DNA from: an uncultured Spirochaetales bacterium | Lineage (GTDB): Bacteria; Myxococcota_A; UBA9160; UBA6930 | Assembly: GCA_964615365.1 (NCBI GenBank) | Contig: CAZTOU010000011.1 | Span: 29,671 to 93,670, forward strand | Direction: 5' to 3' | DNA: 64,000 bases | Part shown: piece by piece, positions 56,056-64,000 of the stretch | Numbering within the stretch: the first letter of the stretch is position 1 | Layout: each line of letters opens with the position of its first letter | Notes under the pieces: generated by a model | The model's database searches: none | What the model was told of the DNA's origin: nothing | Seen by the model: only the letters and a program-made list of their open reading frames with translations | Program-made: the position numbers and the translations under genes

Positions 56056-57155
56056 AGATCGAGGCGGCGGAGCTGCGCCCCTTCCGGCTGCGCCTGCGCA
56101 CACCGCTGGCGACCGGTATGGGAGCGGTCGAGTTCCGGGAAGGTGTGCTGCTCTCGCTCCGAAGCAGTGACGGCCGGGTCGGCTACGGCGAGGCGACTCC
56201 CCTCGAGGCGTTCGGGACCGAGCCGCTCGCTGCGGCACAGAGCTCCCTCGAAGGCTGCGCTCCTCTGCTGCAGGGCGCGGAGTTCGGGGAGCCCGAGGAG
56301 CTGCTCGAGTGGCTCTGCAAACGGCAGGAGCCGACGTCTACGGCCCGTGCGGCGATCGATCTCGCGCTCCACGACCTGACGGCACGGGATGCCGGAGTCA
56401 GCGTGGCGAGCTGGCTGGCGGCGAAGGAAGGCCGCAGCGCGCGCGCTTCGCTGGAGGTGAACGCGCTGCTCACCTCCCGCTCGCCGCGGGATCTCGCCGA
56501 CGAGGCGCGGTGCGCCGCCGCCCACGGCTTCCGCACGCTCAAGCTCAAGGTCGGCGTCGGCTCGGCGGCCGAGGACGTCGAGCGAGTCGCCGCCGTCCGC
56601 AGCGCCGTCGCTCCCGAGCTTCGGATCCGCGCCGACGCCAACGGGGCCTGGTCTCCGGAGCAGGCCCGCCGGTGCCTCGAGGCCCTGGCCCCCCTCGACC
56701 TGGAGTTCGTCGAGCAGCCGGTGGCAGCGGAAGATCTGGCGGGCCTCGCCCGGGTTCGCCGCGACGCCTCGGTCCCCGTGGCGGCCGACGAGTCGGCGAG
56801 CAGCGAGGCGAGCCTGCGCCGCGTGCTGGACGCGGAGGCCGCGGACGTGGTGATGCTCAAGCCCGCGGCGATCGGCGGGATCGCCCGCGCCCGCGCGGCC
56901 GCGAAGCTGGCGCGCTCGGCGGGGGTCCTGGTGGTGCCGACCTCGTTTCTGGACGGCGCGGTGGGCGTGCTGGGCGCCCTCCATCTGGCGTCGAGTCTGC
57001 CCGGGCCGCTGCTCGCCTGCGGCCTCGCCACCTCGGCGCTCCTCGAGAGCGATCTCGCCCCGCCGCCGGTCCCGGAGCGAGGCCGGCTGCAGGTCCCGCC
57101 GGGGCCCGGGCTGGGCGTCGTTCCCTCGGAGTGCGTCGGGGGGCCCGCAGCGTGA
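56052..57155 (+). CDS. menC: o-Succinylbenzoate synthase (enolase superfamily)
   Basis: GTG at 56052 (GTGA overlap). Motifs KLKVG, IRADANGAW, FVEQP and ADES of the MR/MLE subgroup. Confidence 0.82.
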   Translation: MKIEAAELRPFRLRLRTPLATGMGAVEFREGVLLSLRSSDGRVGYGEATPLEAFGTEPLAAAQSSLEGCAPLLQGAEFGEPEELLEWLCKRQEPTSTARAAIDLALHDLTARDAGVSVASWLAAKEGRSARASLEVNALLTSRSPRDLADEARCAAAHGFRTLKLKVGVGSAAEDVERVAAVRSAVAPELRIRADANGAWSPEQARRCLEALAPLDLEFVEQPVAAEDLAGLARVRRDASVPVAADESASSEASLRRVLDAEAADVVMLKPAAIGGIARARAAAKLARSAGVLVVPTSFLDGAVGVLGALHLASSLPGPLLACGLATSALLESDLAPPPVPERGRLQVPPGPGLGVVPSECVGGPAA

Positions 57156-58642
57156 GCGAGCGAGGCTGGCTCCTGGAACGCGCGCGCCTGTGGGGCGGCG
57201 AAGAGGCGCTCCGCTTCGGCGGGCGCAGGATCAGCTTCGAAGCCCTGGCGGATCTCTCTCGGAGAGCGGCCGGCCAGCTTCGCCGCTGGGGGGTGCGGCG
57301 GGGAGATCTGGTGGCGGTGCTGCACGGGAACGGGACCGACTTCGTGCAGCTGGTCCACGCCGTCTCGCTCTGCGGCTCGCGGCTCCTCCCCCTGAACGCT
57401 CGCCTCACGCCCGAGGAACTCGGCGAACAGCTGCGCGCGTCACGCGCGACGCACTTCGTCTTCGGCCCCGGTCCGCTGGGAGAGCGGGCGCGAGCGGCCA
57501 GCCGTGAGCTGCCGGGCCTCGCGAGCGCCGCCTTCGAGGACGGGCGGCTGGCGGGATCCGCGGAGCTGGGCGATTCCGGCGCGCTCGCCCTGCACATCGA
57601 CCCCGCGGAGATCTTCGCGGTGCTCTTCACCTCCGGGACCAGCGCCGCGCCCAAGGGGGTCTGCCTGACACACGGAAATCTGCGGGCGAGCGCCTTCGCC
57701 GCCGCGCTCCATCTCGGTCTCCGCCGCGAGGATCGCTGGCTCGCCTGTCTACCGCTCTTCCACGTCGGGGGCCTCTCGATCCTGATGCGCAACGTGCTGC
57801 TGGGATCTCCGGTGGAGATTCACGAGCGCTTCGACCCGGAGCGGGTGATCGCGTCCATCGACGACGGGATCACCCACGTCTCGCTGGTTCCCACCATGCT
57901 GGGACGCCTGATCGAATTCCGGGGAGAGAGGCCGGCCCCGGCCACGCTGCGCGGGATTCTGCTCGGCGGCGCAGCCGCTCCTCCGGTGCTGCTGGAGCGC
58001 GCCCGCAAGCTCGCGTATCCGCTGCTTCCCACCTACGGGCTCACCGAGGCCTGCTCCCAGGTGGCGACCTTCGCCCCCGGTGAATTCGAGAGAGCTCCCG
58101 GCGCGATCGGATCTGCCGGGCGCGCGCTCTTCGGGACCGAGATCCGGATCGCCGATGGCGACGGCCGTGCTCTTCCGCCCGGCGCGGAGGGCGAGATCCT
58201 GGTGCGCGGACCGACGGTGATGGCCGGCTATCTCGGCGACGCCGAGGCCACCGAGCGGGCGCTGCGCGATGGCTGGCTGCACACCGGCGACGTGGGAGCT
58301 CTCGACCCGGAGGGACGCCTCCGCGTGCTCGACCGGTGGGCCGACCTCATCGTGTCTGGGGGCGAGAACGTCTCCCCGGCCGAGGTCGAGGCCGTTCTGG
58401 GGGAGCACCGCGATGTCGAGGAGGTCGGTGTGGCGGGTGTTCCGGACGCCGATCTGGGCAGCAGGGTCGTCGCCTGGGTGGTCCCGAGAGCGGGAGCCCC
58501 CTCGCTGCCGGGGGAGCTGCGCAGCTTCTGTCGCAGCCGGCTGGCGGGATTCAAGGTGCCGAAGGAGATCCGTCTCGCGTCCTCGCTGCCGCGCAACAGC
58601 TCCGGAAAGCTGCTTCGGCGCGCTCTGCGGGAGCTGGGCTAG
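57152..58642 (+). CDS. menE: o-Succinylbenzoate-CoA ligase
   Basis: GTG at 57152 (GTGA overlap). Adenylate-forming motifs FTSGTSAAPKG, YGLTE, GDVG..D..G.L....R..D.I..GGENV and SGK. Confidence 0.85.
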   Translation: MSERGWLLERARLWGGEEALRFGGRRISFEALADLSRRAAGQLRRWGVRRGDLVAVLHGNGTDFVQLVHAVSLCGSRLLPLNARLTPEELGEQLRASRATHFVFGPGPLGERARAASRELPGLASAAFEDGRLAGSAELGDSGALALHIDPAEIFAVLFTSGTSAAPKGVCLTHGNLRASAFAAALHLGLRREDRWLACLPLFHVGGLSILMRNVLLGSPVEIHERFDPERVIASIDDGITHVSLVPTMLGRLIEFRGERPAPATLRGILLGGAAAPPVLLERARKLAYPLLPTYGLTEACSQVATFAPGEFERAPGAIGSAGRALFGTEIRIADGDGRALPPGAEGEILVRGPTVMAGYLGDAEATERALRDGWLHTGDVGALDPEGRLRVLDRWADLIVSGGENVSPAEVEAVLGEHRDVEEVGVAGVPDADLGSRVVAWVVPRAGAPSLPGELRSFCRSRLAGFKVPKEIRLASSLPRNSSGKLLRRALRELG

Positions 58643-58685
58643 GAATTCCGGGGCACCGGGCATATCAAAAAGTGTAAAGTGTTAC

Positions 58686-58728
58686 TTGACACTTAGTATC
58701 TGATGGTCTAGAAAGACCATCGGAGATG
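58686..58728 (+). promoter_or_regulatory. Putative promoter/operator of the second merR-like gene
   Basis: TTGACA (58686-58691), a 17-bp spacer, then TAGAAA (58709-58714). The inverted repeat GATGGTCT-agaa-AGACCATC (58702-58721) is centred on the -10. The first ATG, at 58726, is only about 5 nt from the predicted TSS. Confidence 0.5.
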
Positions 58729-59442
58729 CCCGAATTCGTCGACTCGGAGAGGACGGCCCCGGAACAGGGGATCCGGATGAAGGATCTGGCGGCGGCCACC
58801 GGTCTGCCCAAGTCCACCATCCTCTACTACCTCGGCCAGGGCCTTCTCCCAGAGCCCGAGAAACCCCGCCCGAACGTGGCCTTCTACGATCCGCAGTGCG
58901 TCGACCGGATCAAGCTCATCCGCCACCTGCAGAAGCACCATCGCCTGTCGATCTCGGAGATCCATGAGGTGCTGCAGAGCCGCGAGGGCGGCCCGGAGTC
59001 GGAGCTCCGGCTGGAGCTCAACGAGGTGGTCTTCGGGCCCATCGGCCGCGAGCTCGAGGAACCCCTGGGCGCTCCGGCCTTCTGCTCCGAGACCGGCCTG
59101 ACCGGGGAACAACTGCAGGAGCTCCTGGAGCTTCGCCTCCTGCTGCCGCTGCAGCCGGATCGGTTCGACCGCGGGGACGTGCGCATGGGCCGTGCGCTGG
59201 CCCGCGGTCTCTCCTGGGGGATCCGGGCGAGCGACCTGGCCTTCTACGCGGAGCTGGGCCAGCAGATCGTGGACCACGAGGTCCACCTGCGCAGCCGAAT
59301 CACCGGGCCCCTGCCGCACGACGCCGACGCCGCGATCACCATTGAGATGGTCCACAACGCCCGCGTGAGCCGAACCTACGTCATGGAGCGCCTCTTCCAG
59401 CACCGGGTGATGGGAATGAAGGACATCAAGGACGAGGTGTGA
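58726..59442 (+). CDS. MerR-family transcriptional regulator, paralogue of 48858-49607
   Basis: MKDLAAATGLPKSTILYYLGQGLLP.......N.A.YD...V.RI.LIR.LQ....LS..EI is a MerR HTH. The effector domain is of similar length. An alternative start at ATG 58777 is possible. Confidence 0.8.
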   Translation: MPEFVDSERTAPEQGIRMKDLAAATGLPKSTILYYLGQGLLPEPEKPRPNVAFYDPQCVDRIKLIRHLQKHHRLSISEIHEVLQSREGGPESELRLELNEVVFGPIGRELEEPLGAPAFCSETGLTGEQLQELLELRLLLPLQPDRFDRGDVRMGRALARGLSWGIRASDLAFYAELGQQIVDHEVHLRSRITGPLPHDADAAITIEMVHNARVSRTYVMERLFQHRVMGMKDIKDEV

Positions 59443-59463
59443 GGGCCCTGCGGGGGAGCGGAC

Positions 59464-60348
59464 GTGATCCACATCGACGCCGATCGCTGTAAGAGCTGTG
59501 GCCTCTGCGGGGAGGTCTGTCCGCGCCACATCACCGAGACCGCCGCGGGACCCGACGGGAAGGCCACGGTCGTGGCGCAGGCTCGCGAGAGCCTCTGCAT
59601 GCAATGCGGCCACTGCGTGGCCGTTTGTCCCGAGCAGGCCATCGCGGTGGAGGGCCTCGACGGCGAGGCCTTCGAGCCGCTCCGGGAGCTGGGCATCGGC
59701 GAGGAGCAGCTCCGGACCTTGCTGCAGCAGCGGCGCAGCGTGCGCCGGTACAAAGAGAGGCCGGTCCCCCGCGAGGTGTTGGGCCGGATCCTCTCGGCGG
59801 CCCGGCTGGCTCCCACCGGTACCTCCCGGCCCACCACCGGGATCATCGCCATCGACGATCCGGACACCCTGGGCAGGCTCTCCGAGCTGGCTTTCGGGGT
59901 CTACGAAGGCCTGGACAAGGCCCTCGGCAACCCCATCGGCCGGTTCCTCGTCAGGCGCCGCGCTGGGAGCCAGACGCTGGCCATGCTGCAGGACTTCGTG
60001 ATGCCGGGCGTGCGCTGGTACATCCGCTGGTATCGGGAGGGTGGGAGCAACGAGATCCTGCGGGATTGCCCGAACCTGGTGCTCTTCCACAGCCCCATCC
60101 GAGAGCCCATGGGCGAGGCCAACTGCATCATCGCCGCGTTCCACGCCGTCTTCATGGCCGAGGTACTCGGCGTCGGCACCTGCATGAACGACCTGATCCC
60201 GCCCGCGTGCAACCGCGCCGCGGGGCTCCGGGAGCTGCTGGACCTGCCCGCTGACCGCGAGGTCTACGCCAGCCTGACGCTGGGCTTTCCCCGGATCCGC
60301 TTCAAGCGGAGCATCCCCAAGGGCCTGGCCGAGCTGCGCTACATCTGA
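59464..60348 (+). CDS. 2x[4Fe-4S] ferredoxin-domain / nitroreductase-family fusion protein
   Basis: The N-terminus has CKSCGLCGEVCP and CMQCGHCVAVCP, followed by the nitroreductase core (RRSVRRY...PV..E.L..IL.AARLAPTG). Confidence 0.8.
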   Translation: MIHIDADRCKSCGLCGEVCPRHITETAAGPDGKATVVAQARESLCMQCGHCVAVCPEQAIAVEGLDGEAFEPLRELGIGEEQLRTLLQQRRSVRRYKERPVPREVLGRILSAARLAPTGTSRPTTGIIAIDDPDTLGRLSELAFGVYEGLDKALGNPIGRFLVRRRAGSQTLAMLQDFVMPGVRWYIRWYREGGSNEILRDCPNLVLFHSPIREPMGEANCIIAAFHAVFMAEVLGVGTCMNDLIPPACNRAAGLRELLDLPADREVYASLTLGFPRIRFKRSIPKGLAELRYI

Positions 60349-60361
60349 TCGCTCTTCGCGA

Positions 60362-60931
60362 CTAGGATCGGGACTGGAACTCGGAGAGCTTGTCCCGGTA
60401 GGCGGATCGCAGTGCATTGGCCTCGGAACGGGTGAAGCCGAGCTCCTCGGCGATCGCCACGATCTCGCCGCTCTCCGGACCCGTGATGCTTCCGTCGGCC
60501 ACCGCCACGGCGTACAGGCATTCGAGGAGCTTGCCGCGCTGCTCCCGCGTCGAGATCTGGCGGAACTGCCGGGTCACCACGTAGTTCTCCGTCCCGCCCA
60601 GCAGGCGGGCCTGGGACTTGGCGATCTCCACCGCCAGGGCCGCCTCCTCGGGAGCGAGGTCGGCGACCTTGGCGACGATCTCCTCCATGGTGGCCGTCTC
60701 CTCGGCATCGATGGCGAGATCCGCATGGGCGATGCGCGCCAACACGTAGGCGAAGGCCGCCAGATACCGGGCCATCACCGGGTCCAGCCGCTCCAGCCGC
60801 GCTGCGATCTTGCGCACCGTCGCGGTCTCGCTCTGACTCTCCCGCCGAGCCTCTTTCTCCTCGCCGCCCAGACCCAGGAACCGAAGCAGGGACAACTCGC
60901 GTACCTCCCGCAGCCGCCGATCCTGAGCCAA
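60362..60931 (-). CDS. TerB-family (tellurite-resistance TerB-like) protein
   Basis: 189 aa with the pattern ...AH.ADL.ID..E...M..I........E.A.........YAVA.ADG.I...E...I..IAEELGF. The start could be a few codons downstream. Confidence 0.6.
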   Translation of the reverse strand: MAQDRRLREVRELSLLRFLGLGGEEKEARRESQSETATVRKIAARLERLDPVMARYLAAFAYVLARIAHADLAIDAEETATMEEIVAKVADLAPEEAALAVEIAKSQARLLGGTENYVVTRQFRQISTREQRGKLLECLYAVAVADGSITGPESGEIVAIAEELGFTRSEANALRSAYRDKLSEFQSRS

Positions 60932-61043
60932 AACCGGGGATCGGTCAACTCGCCCCAGGTCGTGGTCCCGGATCCGGCTACGCGTCGCCCTGCCGGAAGT
61001 ACTCCCGGGTGCCTCGGCGTTGAACCCGCCTCCTTGGGGCGCG

Positions 61044-63353
61044 CTAACGCGAGAGCGCCATCCAGCGATCGAAGAGGCGTTTCACGAAGGGCGTGAGTCG
61101 GGTCCGCGTGTAGAGGCCCGCCGCCGCCTTGATGGCCTCGGCCTGGGTCGGGTAGGGGTGGATCACGTCGGTGAAGGTTCCCAGCCCGAGTCCCTTCACC
61201 ATCGCCAGGGTGATCTCGCTGATCATTTCGCCGGCGTGCCCCGCCACGATGGTCGCTCCCACGATCTGGTCCCCGCCCTTCTTGACGTGGATCTTCACGA
61301 AGCCCTCGTCTTCCCCGTCGATCACGGCGCGGTTGACCTTCGAGATCGGTACCCGGTAGGTGTCGATCTGGATTCCCCGCTTCGCCGCCTCGTCCGGATG
61401 GAGCCCGACGTGGGCGACCTCGGGATCCGTGTAGGTGCACCAGGGCATCGCCAGTCCGGAGAGCTTCTTGCGACCCAGGAAGAGCGCGTTCTGGACCACG
61501 ATCTTGGCGGCGGCGTCGGCGGCGTGCGTGAACTTCCAGGCCATGCAGACGTCGCCGGCGGCGAAGATGCGCCGGTTGGTGGTGCGAAGGTGGTCGTCCA
61601 CCGTCACCCCGCGCCGCTCGTCGTACTCGACGCCCGCGCCCTCCAGGCCGAGGTTCTGGACATTGGGGGCCCGCCCCGCGCCGACCAGGATCTCGTCGAC
61701 GACGATCTGCTCGTCACTCCCGCCGGGGCCGGTCACGTGGAGGACCTTCTCGTCCGCCTTGCTCTCCACCTTACGAATCCGGCACTCGAGGAGCACCCGG
61801 ATGCCCTCACGGGCGAAGGCGCTCTCCAGGATCTCCGCCGCGTCCCGGTCCTCGCGTCCCAGGATCTGACTCGCCCGCTCGAGCACCGTGACGCGGGAGC
61901 CGAGGCGCTGGAAGGTCTGGGCCATCTCGCAGCCGATCGGCCCGGCGCCGATCACGGCGAGCCGGGCGGGTCGCTCCACGAGCGAGAAGACCGTCTCGTT
62001 GTCGAGATACCCGGTTTCCTCCAGGCCCGGGATGGGCGGCGCCATCGCCCGCGCGCCGGTGGCGATCACCGCCTTCTTGAAGCGGAGCTCGGTCCCGTCG
62101 ACGTCGACGGTATCCGCGCCGGTGAAGCGCGCCTCGCCCAGGTAGACGTCGATCCCGAACTCCTCGGTGTAGCGGGCGGCGGAGTCCTCGTGGCTGATTC
62201 GCGCGCGGATCTCGCGCAGCCGCTCCATCGCGGCGCCGAAATCCGGGAGCTGGCCTTCGGCCAGATGCAGGCCCAGCGCGCTGGCCGCCCGGGCCTCGTG
62301 AGTTCGGCGCGCCGCCCGGATCAATGCCTTGGACGGCACGCACCCGACGTTCAGGCAGTCGCCGCCCATCAGGTAGCGCTCGACCAGGGCGACCTTGGCA
62401 CCGAGACTCGACGCGATCAGCGCGCTGATCAGACCAGCGGTACCAGCTCCGACCACCACCAGGTTGTACCGGCCGTCGGGAATCGGGTTGACCCAGTCGG
62501 GGGGATGGACGTTGGCGACCAGCTTCTGGTTGTGCTCGTCGTGGGGCGGCACCTCGACGGATCTCCGGGAGACCCCGGTGCCCGCGGGCCTGGCGATCTC
62601 CCCCTCCCGCGCTTCCGCCGGCTGGGTGGCCTCCTCGAGCGCCCGGCGCGCGATCCGGGTGACCGCGACGGTGACGACCGCGGTGGCGAGAAAACCGAGG
62701 CCGAGCAGGGCGTAGTACCCCGCGCCCCGCTCCACGCCGGCGCCTCCCGCCACCGCGGCGACGTCTCCGGCGAGCTTGCCCGAGTAGACGTAGAGCAGGG
62801 TGCCCGGGATCATTCCGAGCGAGGCGACCAGGTAGTCGGCCAGCCGCACCCGCGTCAGGCCGAGGGCGTAGTTGAGTAGATTGAACGGGAAGATCGGCGA
62901 GAGCCGGAGCAGGAAGACGATCTTCCGCCCCTGCGCGCCGACCGCGCGGTCGATGGCGGCGAAGCGCTGGTCTCCCTCGAGCTTCCGCTCCACGGCCTGC
63001 CGCGCCAGGTAGCGCGCCACCAGGAAGGCACCCGCGGAGCCGAGGACTGCGGCCAGGAAGACGTAGAGCGTCCCCTCCAGGACACCGAAGATGGCCCCCG
63101 CGGCCAGGGTGAGCACCGAGCCGGGAACGAAGCCGACCACGGCGACCGCGTATCCGACCATGAACACCACCGGGCCCAGGGCGCCCAGGCCGTCCACCCA
63201 TTCGGCGAAGCGGGGGACGTAGGCTCCGACCTGCCGGCCCAGGTAGATCAGCCCGACGATGGCGACCACGCCGATGGCGATCTTCGCCCAGGGCAGGGCG
63301 GATCGGGCCGATTCTGCCGGCGCCGTCATGGTGTCGACCCGGGTCTCAGACAT
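61044..63353 (-). CDS. Fusion of TVP38/TMEM64 (DedA-type SNARE-associated) membrane domain with a class I pyridine nucleotide-disulfide oxidoreductase (mercuric-reductase/Lpd-like)
   Basis: ATG at 63353 with a strong SD (gaggaggtga). The N-terminal ~230 aa are multi-TM (LRLSPIFPFNLLNYALG). Then come VVVGAGTAGL, the redox-active GGDCLNVGCVPSK, a second GAGPIG, and a C-terminal dimerisation domain with HPYPT. The 907-aa track ORF extends upstream without support. Confidence 0.82.
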   Translation of the reverse strand: MSETRVDTMTAPAESARSALPWAKIAIGVVAIVGLIYLGRQVGAYVPRFAEWVDGLGALGPVVFMVGYAVAVVGFVPGSVLTLAAGAIFGVLEGTLYVFLAAVLGSAGAFLVARYLARQAVERKLEGDQRFAAIDRAVGAQGRKIVFLLRLSPIFPFNLLNYALGLTRVRLADYLVASLGMIPGTLLYVYSGKLAGDVAAVAGGAGVERGAGYYALLGLGFLATAVVTVAVTRIARRALEEATQPAEAREGEIARPAGTGVSRRSVEVPPHDEHNQKLVANVHPPDWVNPIPDGRYNLVVVGAGTAGLISALIASSLGAKVALVERYLMGGDCLNVGCVPSKALIRAARRTHEARAASALGLHLAEGQLPDFGAAMERLREIRARISHEDSAARYTEEFGIDVYLGEARFTGADTVDVDGTELRFKKAVIATGARAMAPPIPGLEETGYLDNETVFSLVERPARLAVIGAGPIGCEMAQTFQRLGSRVTVLERASQILGREDRDAAEILESAFAREGIRVLLECRIRKVESKADEKVLHVTGPGGSDEQIVVDEILVGAGRAPNVQNLGLEGAGVEYDERRGVTVDDHLRTTNRRIFAAGDVCMAWKFTHAADAAAKIVVQNALFLGRKKLSGLAMPWCTYTDPEVAHVGLHPDEAAKRGIQIDTYRVPISKVNRAVIDGEDEGFVKIHVKKGGDQIVGATIVAGHAGEMISEITLAMVKGLGLGTFTDVIHPYPTQAEAIKAAAGLYTRTRLTPFVKRLFDRWMALSR

Positions 63354-63756
63354 CGCGTCACCTCCTCGATCCCTCCAGTACGAGCCTTCGGCGCTCGCCG
63401 TTACTCGTTCAGCCGCTGCTCGAGGCTCGTTCCCGCGGGGCATCGCAGGAGTCGCCTCCAACGCAGCGGCGCGTAGCGCCGGCCTCCTCTCGAAGCCGAG
63501 AACCGGTGACAAGCTGAATTGTATCGGGTCCAAGGCCGGATAGATTCCTCTAGGGAGCCGACCTTCCGCGCGCCTTCCCCTCGTCGATGGCTCGGTGCGA
63601 TCTCCCTGCAAGACGGGCGGTGCCATCACCCGCGATCCGACCCCGCTTTCGCTATCGTCGGCCCCGCACGCCCCCCAATCCGGTGTGACGCAGCTCTTGC
63701 GACGAATCACTACGGGGGCGCTCGCCTGCGCACACCGAAAAGGAGAGTTGAGTTCA

Positions 63757-64000
63757 ATGTCTGACATTCAGTTCGACGGGAGAGTCGCGATCATCACCGG
63801 CGCCGGCGGGGGTCTCGGCCGAACCTACGCCCTCGAGCTCGGGAAGCGCGGCGCGCAGGTGGTCGTGAACGATCTCGGCGGGGCCGCGGATGGGACCGGC
63901 TCCGGTAGCAGCATGGCCGACGCCGTGGTGAAGGAGATCACCGAGGCGGGCGGGAAGGCCGTGGCCAACTACGACTCGGTTTCCACCCCCGAGGGCGGCG
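63757..64000 (+). CDS. Short-chain dehydrogenase/reductase (MFE-2/3-hydroxyacyl-CoA dehydrogenase-like), 5' part, runs off the window
   Basis: The ATG at 63757 follows the SD aaggagag. [25 protein letters not shown]....[11 protein letters not shown] is the classic TGxxxGxG SDR start. Confidence 0.8.
   Translation, partial: MSDIQFDGRVAIITGAGGGLGRTYALELGKRGAQVVVNDLGGAADGTGSGSSMADAVVKEITEAGGKAVANYDSVSTPEGG

Overview
This is a 64-kb window of very GC-rich bacterial chromosome. The gene content (an mglB-mglA gliding-motility pair, many lipoproteins, GGDEF/EAL and class III cyclase signalling) fits a Myxococcota-like or related deltaproteobacterial lineage. Most long ORFs in the six-frame track are antisense or off-frame shadow ORFs caused by the GC bias; I call about 60 real genes.

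Housekeeping content:
- trkA, gdh, greA
- priA-def-fmt-rsmB-rpe
- SRP RNA-dnaX-ybaB-recR followed by mglB-mglA
- infA and an EF-G paralogue
- A complete, tightly coupled menaquinone operon: merR-ubiE/menG-menF-menD-menH::menB-menA-menC-menE
- Three tRNAs: Asn-GTT, Pro-CGG, Ser-CGA

The region that looks accessory lies at about 18.9-25.8 kb, downstream of tRNA-Pro. It is bracketed by two direct copies of a roughly 65-bp double-hairpin/terminator module. It contains gene relics: a luciferase-like monooxygenase (LLM) N-terminal stub, a Nu-class GST with an in-frame internal deletion, and a 5'-truncated FAD-oxidoreductase::SCP2 gene. It also holds one clearly AT-richer foreign gene for a Cys-rich SCP2-like/2x[4Fe-4S] protein, two direct copies of an ~85-bp IS91/ISCR-type oriIS-like end, and a gutted IS91-family transposase.

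Other items worth a second look:
- A perfect 70-bp palindrome exactly between two convergent stop codons
- An in-frame menH-menB fusion
- Two paralogous MerR regulators with the same promoter/operator layout (probably leaderless) bracketing the men operon and a ferredoxin-nitroreductase gene
- An infA - acyltransferase - FDH-like formyltransferase - HExxH protein - EF-G paralogue - KaiC-like ATPase cluster
- An alpha/beta-hydrolase whose nucleophile Ser is replaced by Phe
- A probable CTG start for fmt overlapping the def stop

I found no CRISPR array, rRNA, integrase or recognisable defence system. All functional calls rest on motif recognition by eye and need database confirmation.
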